Shown one piece after another: positions 1 to 12,590 of a DNA stretch of 64,000 nucleotides. Source of the stretch: Podarcis melisellensis (taxonomy: Eukaryota); NCBI GenBank assembly GCA_964234715.1, contig OZ174277.1; one strand, 5' to 3'. The position numbers and the translations under genes are program-made. A model generated the notes under the pieces. It was given only the letters and a program-made list of their open reading frames with translations. It ran no database searches and had not been told where the DNA came from. How positions within the stretch are numbered: position 1 is the stretch's first letter; each line of letters starts with the position of its first letter.

Positions 1-97
1 GCGGGAGCGCACCCCGCCGCAGGGATTCGAACCGCCGACCTTTCGATCGGCAAGTCCTAGGCGCTGAGGCTTTAACCCACAGCGCCACCTGCGTCCC
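1..97 (-). mobile_element. Sauria SINE, 5' part (cut by the window edge)
   Basis: Reverse complement begins gggacgcaggtggcgctgtgggttaaagcc with a tRNA-like B box (ggttcgaatccc), as at 19631. Confidence 0.9.
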
Positions 98-683
98 TGT
101 AGCCACCTGCGTCCCTGTGGCTGTAGAGGTAGCTGCAATCCCAGCTGTGGGGACAGAAAGGGAGTGGGTGGAAAAGTAGTTGTCTGGTGTTGTCTTTTGC
201 ATTAAAAACTTCACACTACTGGTCACTTAACATTTTTGGATCTGGGTGCACATTTTGAATTTTGAGAGAGCGCTGGGAGTACCAGTCACAAAATGGCTGG
301 CAACGGTAAGTGGCGTAACACAAAATAGACTATGTCGGGAGCATGGCACAACACAGAACTGTGTTTAGAGAGAGTACAATCATGGTGCAGCTTTCTCCAT
401 AACTGTATTTCCATTCAAGAAAAAGGCCTAATCTATTTAATTCATGCCTAGAAATAAGACACAAGCAGGAAAAGTGCATTAGAGGGGAGGGGGAAACTGC
501 AGCTCTTTAGGACCTTGGAATTCCAGTAGCCTGGAGTCCCAGGAACTCATAAATCATGGCTCTGACTTCACTCACTGATTAAAAACACAAACAGGCAGGA
601 ACAGCCAGCTTGCTCATTTTACAGAAATTCCTTAGAATTGTACCTATGTATTTTGCATCATAAACTAATTCTAGGAGGGCTAA

Positions 684-1875
684 AGAGTGTGATTGGAGTC
701 ATCTCACTCAGCTGCTTTTCCCATGTCTGAAGACCTCATAGCTAAGAATCCCCTTTACTGCGGAAACCTGGAGTTGCCTAAATGGGTCATTATATATATT
801 ATTATAACTTAAGCAGGTATCATCTAAGCCCTTAAGCCCTCTAGCAGGTGATTATATGTACCGATTATATATATCTATACAATGGATTGCTTTGATGTCC
901 ATTGGCTAACAAGTTGTTATTGATCTTCCCTCCACACCTCACTTTTAATTAATTTTCTTTTTCTCAGGTTGTACTTCCATTCTCTTTGTTGCCTTGGTAT
1001 TTCCCGATACCATCCCTGTTTTCCCCCTGCATCTCTCCACATTGAATATAGCCCGCTTGTTCTTTGCGTGCCTTTGGAGAACAGCGTACCAATGGGGGCA
1101 ATGGCTAGTGTGGTAATGCAGAGCTGCCCTACCGAAACCAGCATCACTGGACTGCGCAGGGTGGTGGCAAGGTTGGAGCTGAGTGGACATGTCCTTACTG
1201 AGCTTCAGGTGTCTGGTCAAAACTGTTTTATTTTCTTAGGCCTTTGCAGCTTGAATGCTTCTCATATATTTTACTACATATTATGCATACTCTTGAGCTG
1301 TGTATGAATGCTTCAACCACATAGACAAGAAAAGTCATGTGAATCTTACCCCACCAAGGGGTGGGGTACAAATTCTGTGGGTAAGGCCCACATTGTTGCA
1401 GCATCACATTTAGCCACCTGCGCTGTGGAATTGCACCACAGAAAAAATTATCCTATGTAGCTGCATGTGAAGTGTATCACTATGATGAGGAAAGCATTCC
1501 TGATTTCAAAGAATCCTGCTCCACTCTGAAGGCACGTCTTCATTTCCTCTTTGATGCTATAGAAAAGCACTTGAACATGGGCATCAAACTGACATAACCG
1601 GTGACTGAAAGGGAGAGTTTCATATCCTCAGACTTAGGTGGCTGGTGGTAGCAGGCCAAATGGCTGTGTGGCAAATATAGCAGACTGTATGGTAGAGCTG
1701 CTAAAGGCTGTGCTCTGGTCAATTTTCTCATACACAGCAGGAAGGGGTGGTGCTGTCCAGGCTGTTTTGCCATTTTTATGTCCCGGATGAAATCTGCTTG
1801 AAGGTGACCCTGGCCACAGATTTTAGCTTTTTCTGCTCTGTCTCTTGATATCAGGACCAGATTCCCCACTTACAG
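684..1875 (+). repeat. Direct segmental duplicate, copy 1 (of 58840-60031)
   Basis: Constant offset of 58156; about 10 substitutions and no indels seen by eye in 1192 bp; ORF track nearly identical. Confidence 0.97.
968..1208 (+). other. Duplicate copy of the candidate alternative exon (ATG 1092)
   Basis: Identical to 59124-59364 except for one T/C upstream of the ATG. Confidence 0.45.
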
Positions 1876-2253
1876 GTAAAGGTAAAGGGAGCCCTGACCA
1901 GTTGTGACCGACTCTGGGGTTGTGGCACTCATCTCGCTTTATTGGCCGAGGGAGCCGGCGTACAGCTTCCGGGTCATGTGGCCAGCATGACTAAGCTGCT
2001 TCTTGCAAACCAGAGCAGTGCATGGAAACGCCGTTTGCGTTCCCGCTGGAGCAGTACCTATTTATCTACTTGGACTTGCTTTCAAACGCCTAATTTGGTG
2101 GTACTGGATTTAAACTGGATTTCGAACTGCTAGGTTGGCAGGAGCTGGGGCCGAACAACGGGAGCTCACCCCGTTGCGGGGATTTGAACCTCCGACCTTC
2201 TGATCGGCAAGCCCTAGGCTCTGTGGTTTAACCCACAGCGCCATCCATGTCCC
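1876..2253 (-). mobile_element. Sauria SINE interrupted by a ~32-nt insert (2088-2119)
   Basis: gtaaaggtaaagg tail; body matches the copies at 14330 and 58255. Confidence 0.92.
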
Positions 2254-2257
2254 ATAA

Positions 2258-2361
2258 TAGCACCTTAGAGACCAACTAAGTTTGTTATTGGTGTGAGCTT
2301 TCGTGTGCATGCAAACGAAAGCTCATACCAATAACAAACTTAGTTGGTCTCTAAGGTGCTA
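2258..2361. mobile_element. Near-perfect hairpin made of two inverted Penelope-like terminal segments
   Basis: tagcaccttagagaccaactaagtttgttattgg...ccaataacaaacttagttggtctctaaggtgcta; resembles the Penelope end near 56900. Confidence 0.7.
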
Positions 2362-3034
2362 CTAGAAGGATTTTTTTTTATTTTGTTCCTAGTACTAGGA
2401 TAAAGCTACAATCCTTGCTTCGTAGTAGGTCTCACTGACATCAGAAGGACTTGCTTGTGAATAAACATACATATATCATTCAGCTGTAAATAAAGTCTAC
2501 AGATTAGGGAGGCTCATTTTGGTAAAGTCAGAGGTAATGCCCTGGCCTGGCATCTTTCAGGCTGAACCAGGGTGGAAAATAGATGCTATGCACTGTTGTT
2601 CTACTGTGTCCTGCAGTTTAGCAGATTGTACTTTTTCAGACAGTTTCAAGACTTGTTATCAAAACCTTGTGGGGGGGGATCCTCCCCCTAAACCATGAAA
2701 CATAGCATTATGAGAGCAACTGATGATAGGAAATACAATTGCTAGACTGTGGGCTCACCTTGCGAAAGCTGGCTATTTTAGGTGTTCAATAAAAGCCTCC
2801 AGGTGTTTCCCTCAAATGAATTTTAAAGTGCTCTGAGCATGGCAGTTCTAAGTACGGTAGTTCACTAGCTTCGTATATAGAGGTTTTTGCAGTTAGATTT
2901 CCCCCCCACAGATAATCATGCATACTGTGCCAGTAATTATTGCATCAAAATATATAGACAGTCTCAGATTAGATTCATTTGTATTTTTCTGGGCATTAGA
3001 CAATTACAAAGCAGTTTAACAATATAGGAATAGG

Positions 3035-3167
3035 CAGTGGTCTTTTCCAGAAAAATAGGTTCCAGTACTCACAGTGAAGTTGTTACAGTGAGTGTCGTAC
3101 TTTTTAACAATAAAAAAGGGGTGCTGGTACTGCGTGCCCTTGAGTACCACCTGGGAAAGAAGCACTG
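3035..3167. mobile_element. hAT-like MITE
   Basis: cagtg...cactg termini; similar to 8270 and ~31900. Confidence 0.55.
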
Positions 3168-3286
3168 GCTGTTGGACAAGCTTGCAGAAATATAAATCAT
3201 CTCGGGCATGAAGAAACTACAGCATGAAGAAACTTATAGTGCTGAATTTGCCTGGCAAATCACCTTTAAAAAGGAAATACGTATTA

Positions 3287-3766
3287 TTGTTGTTGTTGTT
3301 GTTTTTGTTTAGTCGTGTCCGACTCTTTGTGACCCCATGGACCAGAGCACGCCAGGCACTCCTGTCTTCCACTGCCTCCCACAGTTTGGTCAGACTTGTG
3401 TTTGTAGCTCCGAGAACACCATCCAACCATCTCATCCTCTGTCGTCCCCTTCTCCTTGGGCCCTCCATCTTTCCTAACATCAGGGTCTTTCTCAGGGAGT
3501 CTTCTCTTCTCATGAGGTGGCCAAAGTATTGGAGCCTCAGCTTCATGATCTGTCCTTCCAGTGAGCACTCAGGACTAATTTCCTTAAGAATGGATGCGTT
3601 TGATCTTCTTGCAGTCCATGGGACTCTCAAGAGTCTCCTCCAGCACCATAATTCAAAAGCATCAATTCTTCGGCGATCAGCCTTCTTTATGGTCCAGCTC
3701 TCACTATTGTGAAAACCATGGTTTTAACTATACGGACCTTTGTTGGCAAGGTGATATCTCTGCTTT
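3287..3766 (-). mobile_element. RTE-BovB LINE, 3' fragment
   Basis: ORF 3217..3630 RVPWTARRSNASILKEISPECSLEGQIMKLRLQYFGHLMRR; (AAC)n tail. Confidence 0.95.
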
Positions 3767-4599
3767 ATTATTATTATTATTATGAGTATTAGTGCTCTTA
3801 ATAAATATTAAAATGACCGAAATGAAATAGAAGGTTATACAAATGTGAATAAAATTATGTGAAAGCCAGAATAAATAAAAGCATAAAATGAACATAAAAT
3901 TTTGAATCTCCCTGTTACCTGAATTCACCAAGGGGGGCAGGGCGGGGCAGGACAACACTCCTCTCATGAATGAAGCCTGGTGCCACAAACCGTGTCTCAA
4001 ATTGGTACCATACACAATGTCACCCTGTCCCATTAATGCACTGTCCTTTTGTCCCCATACCCAAAGTGTGCCCGTAAAATAAGGGTAGACCGCTTGCAAA
4101 AACTCCTCCATTCATAAAGCTTGTGCTGACTTTCCCATTCATAAAATGCTGGACAATCATTAGACAACATTCAAATACCTTTCAAACTAACAGCCAATCC
4201 AGTCCTCTTATGTTGACAGCTGCTGAACTCCCATCCAATAGGGGTTATGGAACAGCACTCCCTGACTGCAGCCATACTGCAGCTGTCAAACCAGCCTCAA
4301 CTCAGTTCACATAAATGGAAACCACTCCGGGGATAAGGGAAAGTGAGAACAAGCTATCAAGACCCTTTGTTACATTGTATCAACTCCAAAGGTTACATAG
4401 TATCCATTTGTAGAGTTTTGGCTCCTCAGTAACAGAAAACCTGTATAAATTCATATAAAATCACCCCATTAACAGATTTGTTCCATTCCAATGGTGTTCT
4501 CACCAGAAGGACTTTGGCTACTAGAAGAGGAGATTGGGAAAGGGCTGGGGACAGCCATAATCCCTGACGCATGGGGTCAACACAACTGCCTCACTGCTT

Positions 4600-5081
4600 A
4601 GGTGATAATCTCTAGCTTCCTGGCACCTGAGTGCCAGACAGGTAGTCATCCCAAGGACAATAGTAAGACCAACCTGAATGGATTGGGGTCTCCATCAAGA
4701 CAAAAGGATATGCTCATCTTGGCTGGGAAACAGGAATATGTACATACTTATCTTTGTTTTACTTAGTAGGTGTGAGGTGGAGGTCAAGGGAGGGATGGGG
4801 GCAAACCTGATACTCAGGTTTCTGCCAAGTGACCCCTTCCAGTTTATGACATAGATACGATGTATGCATGACGTTTTATTAAGGGTAAAATGGGAAGCCT
4901 ATAAAAAAGGGAGCCATCCTTTGTTCGGGGCTTCTTTCTGCGTCTTCCATGTGGTAGTTTGAAGTCCTGTTGCAACAGTTCCTTGAATAAAGATCAGGCC
5001 TACAGGCTGCTGTTTTGCACCATACTCTTGGCTGGTGTCTTTGTTTGGCAATCCAAATGAGCTGGGAATTTTCCTTTAACA
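4600..5081 (+). mobile_element. Probable ERV-type solo LTR (5' boundary uncertain)
   Basis: cctataaaaa TATA (~4898), aataaa (~4986), GT-rich U5-like segment ending tttaaca. Confidence 0.5.
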
Positions 5082-5723
5082 ACCTTGGCAAAACACAGCG
5101 TTCTCTTTCAATAATTATATATGGTCAGCCAGAAAATGAATTAATTGTAATATTTTCAAGCACCTACGCCCTGTTTATTTAAAGCTCTCTATGTGGGGGA
5201 ATGTTGCACAGCCAGGAGTTGGAAAATGAAGGGGGAGGGGGCAAGTGGGGTTCGCCAATGTGATAACAGACCTTCATGGTGTTGTAGTGATGTCATATGT
5301 ATTGATATCACTACCAACACTTTATCTTTAGTGGCTAATGTTGAGGACGTATGGAGCTTTCACATAAATAAACCTGAGAAGGATTTGTGGGTAAAGGTAA
5401 GGACAATTATTTTGACCTCCTGTAATTTCCTGGAATTCTTAAAATGTGGAGGGATGTAATCAGCGTGTGTCCTGATGAAACCTCTATCGAAGTGTTAGGT
5501 TACACAGTGCTGCTTAGTGCACTATAACCACTTGATGGCACCCTTTGATTTAGTACATGCCTCATTAGGGAGTGGGGGGAGGGACATAGTGCAGTGTAGC
5601 TGTAGTATTTGTAATGGAATAACATGTAAGAACTAAAGACTGCAAGGTATCTGGTTAATGTAGAGATGAAATGAATGAAACTGCAAGGCTAAGCTTTCCT
5701 GACCCTTCATGAGAGAATAGATG

Positions 5724-5896
5724 NNNNNNNNNNNNNNNNNNNNNNNNNNNNNNNNNNNNNNNNNNNNNNNNNNNNNNNNNNNNNNNNNNNNNNNNNNNNN
5801 NNNNNNNNNNNNNNNNNNNNNNNNNNNNNNNNNNNNNNNNNNNNNNNNNNNNNNNNNNNNNNNNNNNNNNNNNNNNNNNNNNNNNNNNNNNNNNNN
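5724..5896. other. Assembly gap (173 N)
   Basis: Run of N. Confidence 1.
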
Positions 5897-8269
5897 GTGA
5901 TGTTCAGAACTATCCAATTTTAATATAAAATGGTTCACAGTGCAATGTTTAACATTTAAGCAGCAGTTCGTTAAATTTTGAATTCTTTTTTCCTGCTGCT
6001 TTCTGACCAGAGATTTACTCTAAAGCATGAAGCACTATTTTCTACAAACTTTTTGCAAGAATTTACTAAGTACAGTATCTCATGTGGAATCTAGTTTTTT
6101 TTCTGATGCTTTTTTAACTTAGATGGATTCAGTTGCTTAATAAAACCTCTAATAAAGTCAACCAGCCTCAAGATCTTTAGTAGAAGAGAAACTGCCACAA
6201 AGAGATTTGATTTCAGTGATTTGCTGGTGTGTTCAAGCTTTCCAAGCTGTCTCCTCTCCATCCCACCCCTACCCTGGCTTATGTATATATTTAGTTTGCA
6301 CATATGTATGTGCCAGTTCAGGTAGTTCAACTTTGCTGCACAATCAAAGATATTTAAAGTATGGTATGTTCAAAGTAAACTCCGCAAAATTATGTCAGCA
6401 TCCTTTAAAAAGCATGTGTGTGCACATCATGCATTCTAAGGATCGTGCATGCTAGTTCTCTGATGTGCTCAGTTTTCTTTAAAGTGACTGTAGCTCACTT
6501 TGGAGAGAACAGAAGCATCTAGATAGCTCTGTCTCCCATAGTATGCAGATTCCCCTAAAGCTACCATTGATCGGCTGTGGGTGAAAGAAGTGAAATAATG
6601 TTAAATGGCCAAGAGAAATAAAATGAAGACTACTGGAATTTCAGTATCTGATTTAGCTTGTAATCCTAAACATATTGCGGCTCTTTGCTTTTAGTGGGAC
6701 TTCCTTCTGAATAAGTGTTCCAAGAGCCACAGCCCAGAATGTGATGGGATTACAGGAGCAAGTAATTTAACTTTTTTCTTGATGTAAACTTTGTTTTCCA
6801 TAGAGTAGAACTCTGGATATTTGAGAGAATTGATGAAGAACAATGCCTGCCAGATAGCTGAGCTGTTGTTTAACTTGGGAGGGGGTTTCCTATCAGCTAT
6901 TAAATTCTGACAGGGCTAATTAGCACCTAGCAGTTGTTTATCTAATCAGTGCTAAATAGCTGATGAATGCTGATGAGGAAGGGGGTGGGCAATGAGATCT
7001 ACAGTTGTTAAGCCCAGTATCCCAAAATGTTTGGTTTTTTATTTTTTATTTTTTCTAGGAAGGAAATAGGCTAGGAATGCTTGGACATTGCTTTATGCAT
7101 AATATACATAATATTATGTATAGATAATACCCTTTTTGCAAGGAACCCTGAAATAAATGTTCATGTTCTAGTTTGATTTTCTTTGGTGTTTGTTTTCTCC
7201 ATCTTAATAAAATAATCGTTACATTGAAGTATTCTCTAATGGTGTTTGGCAAATTAGCCTTTCCTTACAAGGAAAGTTTATATTTCTGCTGTGACTGTGA
7301 ATATAGCTGTGTCACATTGCATTTTTCTCATGTGCCCCATGTTTGTTTCCTTGTGCAATTCAGAATTGTTGCATGAATACAGCTTTTGAATTACAAACTT
7401 GAGATGCATATGCACACACGCATAGTAACTAAGACTAGACTTGCGACAGTGTTCATTTTTGCACATATAGCACTATCATCACAACACTCCAAAATTCTAA
7501 CTGTGAGTGTGGACGTGAGCATACTGCCACAAATATTTGATTTTCAAAAGTAAAATACATGTTTCTTTTTCACACTACCACTCTGTCTATGGCTGAATCA
7601 ACATCTACAGTATATTGTAATGATTGAGACCTGCAGCTGAGAAATTGATGAGCCAGAACAAAATTCACCAGGTCAAAACTCTAAATTGGCTGCAACTTTG
7701 GTTGCTATGCTGTATAGGTTGTGTTTTGGACAACAAAAACTTTCTTTTAAAAGAACTTGTTCTGGTTTCTCAGTGAAGTCGACAAAATTCCCAATGATTT
7801 GAATGGGCCTAAATTGCAGGATTGAGATATTTGTATCCTAATACATGGATAAAACTAACTTTTCATGAGTGATGAATGTCAAATGCAATTTTGCAGGTGC
7901 CTTGCATTCTTGAGCCACATATTGTGTTTGTATTTGAGGATCAGCTCAAATTGGCATTAAAAATATAGTGGCACAGTTCAAACTTTCAGCTGTGAATTCT
8001 TTACTCTTTCATTGTAAATAAGCTTAGTGAGTCAGCTTCGTTCGGAGTAATCTTGTAGATCGCAGGAGGATTACACCTGAGTAGGAGTTTTGAGGTGTGC
8101 TGCTAAAAACAGCTTCAGGTTTTCTTATTTGAGACATATGTCACATATGTGACATATTAAATCATATTTGTGTAAATACGTCTTAAAATCAGGAATTGCA
8201 TGGAAGTAAGTTTTACTCAGCAATGATTTTCTGACTGCAAAGTGTAGGAACATGTTGATTAGCTAAAAG

Positions 8270-8432
8270 CAGTGCTTTTTTCTGGGGGATGCTTACCCCG
8301 AAACATTTTGTGAATCTTTGTACTTTTGTCCATTTACTGTATTTATTTCCCCCGATTTGAACTATATAATGGTGTTTTTATTGAGTCAAAATGAGAGTAC
8401 CCCTAAATATTTTTTTAGGGAAAAAAGCACTG
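8270..8432. mobile_element. hAT MITE
   Basis: TIRs cagtgcttttt/aaaaagcactg; 8-bp TSD gctaaaag/gctaaatg. Confidence 0.85.
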
Positions 8433-8638
8433 GCTAAATGTATTATATAATGTATCCAGAATTGCAAGATATCTGTTTCGTGACAGATAGTTGTCATAGA
8501 ATATGTTTATAAACATAATGTTTTAATTCCTCAATCACTTTATAATAGTTTTAATGTTTCTAAACAATTGACACAAAATTCAACAAAGCAGATTATATTT
8601 TTAGTTCTTCACTGCACAGTATCCTGCCCAGCTGCTGC

Positions 8639-8697
8639 TTCCTCCTCCTCCTCCTCCTCCTCCTCCTCCTCTTCTTCTTCTTCTTCTTCTTCTTCTT
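8639..8697. repeat. Compound microsatellite (TCC)n(TTC)n
   Basis: Seen directly. Confidence 0.95.
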
Positions 8698-9481
8698 GCA
8701 TGAGAAGAGAACAGTCTTTCTTGTCTAAAAAAATAAAATCCCTAATGACAGTCACACAGTTTTGGAAAATAGATTTTTTTTAAAAAAAGTGACAAAATGG
8801 TGACAATATGTCTGTTTTAGAGCTATATAAAGAACCATGAGAAAGTGCTCAGCCTCTAATGAAGTAAAAATCCTTAAAAATGCTGAAGTTCACAAAAGGA
8901 TGCAACTGTTGAGGAGGAAGTGAATATGTTTGTTATCTCCACTGATGTTTCAGATACTGATCAATAGGCATTGTGTGCTTAGTGTTGGGGAAAATGTAAT
9001 ATCTCCTCAGCTCATTGCACTGGAAACACAATCTATAATTATGTATTTTAGACATGTATTTTAGAGTTAGTTTTGAAATATTTACAGTGCAAATTAATTT
9101 TAATTCAAGTGCATTTTGAAATTAGATGAATGCTTTCTAGAGAAATAATGTTTCCCCTAATTCTTCAATCTATTAGAATAACTCTGATTTTCTTAAGGAT
9201 TTCCCAAAGCAACATTAGCTTTCCCTTTCACTGCTAGGAAGGCGAAGGCAGTTTGCATGCACAAGCAGCACCCTGGCTTTTGAATACTCCTCCAGGGAGA
9301 CTCTCCTAGTGCTGAATTTCACATCCTGTCAGCACCCATTTATAATCCTTGTTTTTTAGACCTGTTAGAGCTTTTTGATTAGTTTCCTGTCTTGTTTTAT
9401 GCTGACTTTGCTGTTGTCAGTTTTACTATTATGATTTTACAAACTTGTTGGGTCGATGCAAGCATGCACATAAACTGAATG

Positions 9482-9573
9482 GGGAAGCTATAAAGACAGG
9501 AGTGCCTGGCGTGCTCTGGTCCATGGGGTCACGAAGAGTCAGACACAACTAAACGACTAAACAACAACAACAA
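9482..9573 (+). mobile_element. RTE-BovB extreme 3' end
   Basis: gacaggagtgcctggcgtgctctggtccatggggtcacgaagagtc plus (AAC)n. Confidence 0.9.
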
Positions 9574-9693
9574 ATAAAGATACCAGTCCAGCATTTACAC
9601 CACAGAGCGTATTGGCTGTTTGGGCTGGGTACTGGTTTATTTCCATGTGCTGGTTTGAGTGATATACATCCAAAAGTGAAGCATGTGTGCACC

Positions 9694-9726
9694 ATGTATG
9701 TATGTATGTATGTATGTATGTATGTG
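9694..9726. repeat. (ATGT)n microsatellite
   Basis: Seen directly. Confidence 0.9.
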
Positions 9727-12590
9727 TGTATGAGTTGTCTTTTAAAAACACAAATAACACTGAGGAAAATGGCTGCACATGGCATTTACAGAGAATTTAA
9801 ATTTCATACCATTTAGATAGATGCAACATAAGGCTGTTCTAAGTTACAGAAGCTTGTGATTTTTACTTTATAAGAATTATTCTAATTATTGTAGAAATCC
9901 AGGCAATCTGTGCAGTTTGATAGCTCCATATTTGCTGCCTTCTGTAAGCTTGATTATATTTAGGTTAGGCCTGGATTAATACTGGTTTACGGTTACTACT
10001 TACAGCACATTATCATTACAGATCTGTATGTGTAGTTGTGGTAACTAATTAAAGTGCTGCAGATGCTGCTGCCTAAGCCAATTTAAGAACAAAAGCATGA
10101 ATTTCCAGTTACGTGAGCTAGATAATGACAATTCCTTAACATGCTTGTTGCCCTTGAGTTATGTCCTGGTTAGCCGGAGCTGATCTGTGTCTCACTTTTC
10201 CTCAGTGCACATTTCAGCTGTTGGGTAGTCTGAGTTGCCTCTTACTCTTGGTCCTCCCTGCCACAAAGAGTCCTTACTGACAAGCTTCAGGTCATAAGCA
10301 AGTTGCATGTACACGGTGTAATTACTTCCTCCACTTCTTGTCTTACTGTTGTCTTGCTAGAATGTAAGTTTCAGTACTCACAACTGCAAGCTATCTGTAG
10401 CTACAGCATTGATTTCTTTCAAACATTTCTTTCTACTATGAATCATAATTGCTTCTTTGTTCAAGTTTTGAACAGTTCACAGTATTTCAATTAACTGCAA
10501 AATGTTTGTTTTTTAAAAATTGTGTTGAAGTCAGGAAATTATTATTAAGAAAATATCCTATACTATTTTAAGTCTTTGGGTGCCAGTGTTCCTTGTCAAT
10601 GTAATTTTGTCCATGTAATATTTAGAATTTGGTGAGTGCAATCATTCAAACGTGAATGTTAACTTTACCAGACACCTCTTGTGGATGTTGGAAAACTCAG
10701 ATACTTCAGTGAAGCATTTAAATGTGATTGGCAATATTTATTTTAGTATGCCTGAAAGCTGGATAAATAAATATCTATTCTGGGATATCCATAACATCAA
10801 TCTGAAATGTGAATCTTGACAGTCACCAAATTTTGGGTTATTGATATAAAATATATAGGAAAATGTGGATTGGAGCTTTAAATATTAATATACACTAATG
10901 TTAAAAAATGCACAGTCCACCTGAGAAAACCTTTAACTTCACTTCTTAGATTTAGTATGCAGATTTGAATAGTGTCTCCACCCCCACTGGTCCTTTCATA
11001 TAAATTTAAACCTAAATATGTAACATTTCCATTATTCACAGCACTGCTCACTATGCTTTAGATGCACAAACAAATTGTTCATCAAATTCTTTATTACTTG
11101 CCTTGTAGAATACAATTTTATGAATAGGATATAGTTGAGTAATTATAGGAACTATAAGGTTAAAAGGTTGCATTAGTAATTTGTGAAGCATTTCATATCA
11201 CTTCTGCAGTGGTTCTTCCTTTTTTTATTTATTTTGCTGTTACTTTTAAGAAGAGTTGCCTTGGGCAAGGGTTACATACCAGTTGCTCCAGTCTTTCTCC
11301 TCCCCTTTCATTCACAGGAAGTAACTATAACCACCCTTTTCTGTCTTTGTTTTATACAAAGAGAAATCACCCCTTTTCTCACCAGTCCTAACTGTGCGGT
11401 GTCATCTGTCAATAGTGAGTTGGAAATGAAATTGGCATTCAAAGATTACATGGGATCTTGTTTTAATTTCCCAAAAATCTTATGCTGACCATTTCTTTGT
11501 TTTTTATAAGATTATGTGTGCATCAAGAAAACACGAGCACAAAATAATACTTCAGTTATTCCCTGTCCTTTTATTTTATTTTTAAAGTGTAAGTTGTAAT
11601 CAGTTTCACATCTAAATTTCTGAAGAGTTATTCTCCTGGAGAGATCAGGTTTTCTTGGTTGAGCTAGGAAAACTTTAGTTCTCATTCACGACTTGTTTGC
11701 TTCCTACTCCCCAGCAGACTGTGTGGGCTCTATGGTTCTGCAACAAATGCAAAAGTGACATGTTTGAGGGATCTTTGGCAGTTGTGGAGGCTGGGAGTGT
11801 CTGGACAAGTAATTGTTTTGTTTGTTTTGGAGGTATGAATAATGGGAGGTATCAGCAGGTACGTTCTGTAGTCTCCCTGCGGAGACATGTGTCATATTTG
11901 AACCATGGGTGTCCTCCACCCTCTCCCACCAGCTACTCTTACATAGTACTGAGATGAAATAGCATGTGTTTTTTTACAAACCCTTTCGCACACATATCCC
12001 ACAAAACAATTCCCCTCTTTTCTTTAGTCTCTTTCATTCACTTGTGGAACTGTTCAGGAGAAGAAGAAACACATTGTCAATACCAAGGCACCATGCTTCA
12101 TTTGCCTTCACTAGTCATACCTAACTGCGTGACTAGAGTTGGATCAAGGTGTGTCAAATGTTGCTAAGGGCTGCCAAAAAAGGCCTTGGGGGTCACATGC
12201 GCCCCTCAGACTGTGCATTGGACCACCATGGCAAGCATTAGACATACTCCTAATTCATTCTCTCTCTCTTCAAATTCAGAGTTTGCTCTTAGAACAAAGG
12301 CCTGTTTCTCTGCCTCATCCAGATTTTAGAGAAACTGTTCTCCCTGTAATCCTCTAAAAACACAGTAGCTAAGGAACCTGGTCCTTTCTGTCCTCTCTGT
12401 AATTACAGCACTGCTCCCTACACACAAACCTAAGATAGTTGTTGGAAAAATTAATGGAACTGAAGAAGGGAGGAGAATCTTAGATTTACAAATACATTCC
12501 TGCCTGGTCATTTTTTTCCTTAGGTGGCCAAATGACCAATACTTGGCCGGTCTTTTCAGCCTCCTGTAAGAGCCGGTCTATGTAAATAAT

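Noticed and set aside
84-118. 17-bp direct repeat gccacctgcgtccctgt
   Set aside because: Small local duplication of a SINE 5' junction; unremarkable
969-1307. 112-aa ORF (and its twin at 59125..59463) as a stand-alone gene
   Set aside because: Starts at TTG right after a splice acceptor and runs through a donor; better explained as an exon or as chance
3287-3766. BovB as evidence of a new horizontal transfer
   Set aside because: BovB is a well-known resident of squamate genomes
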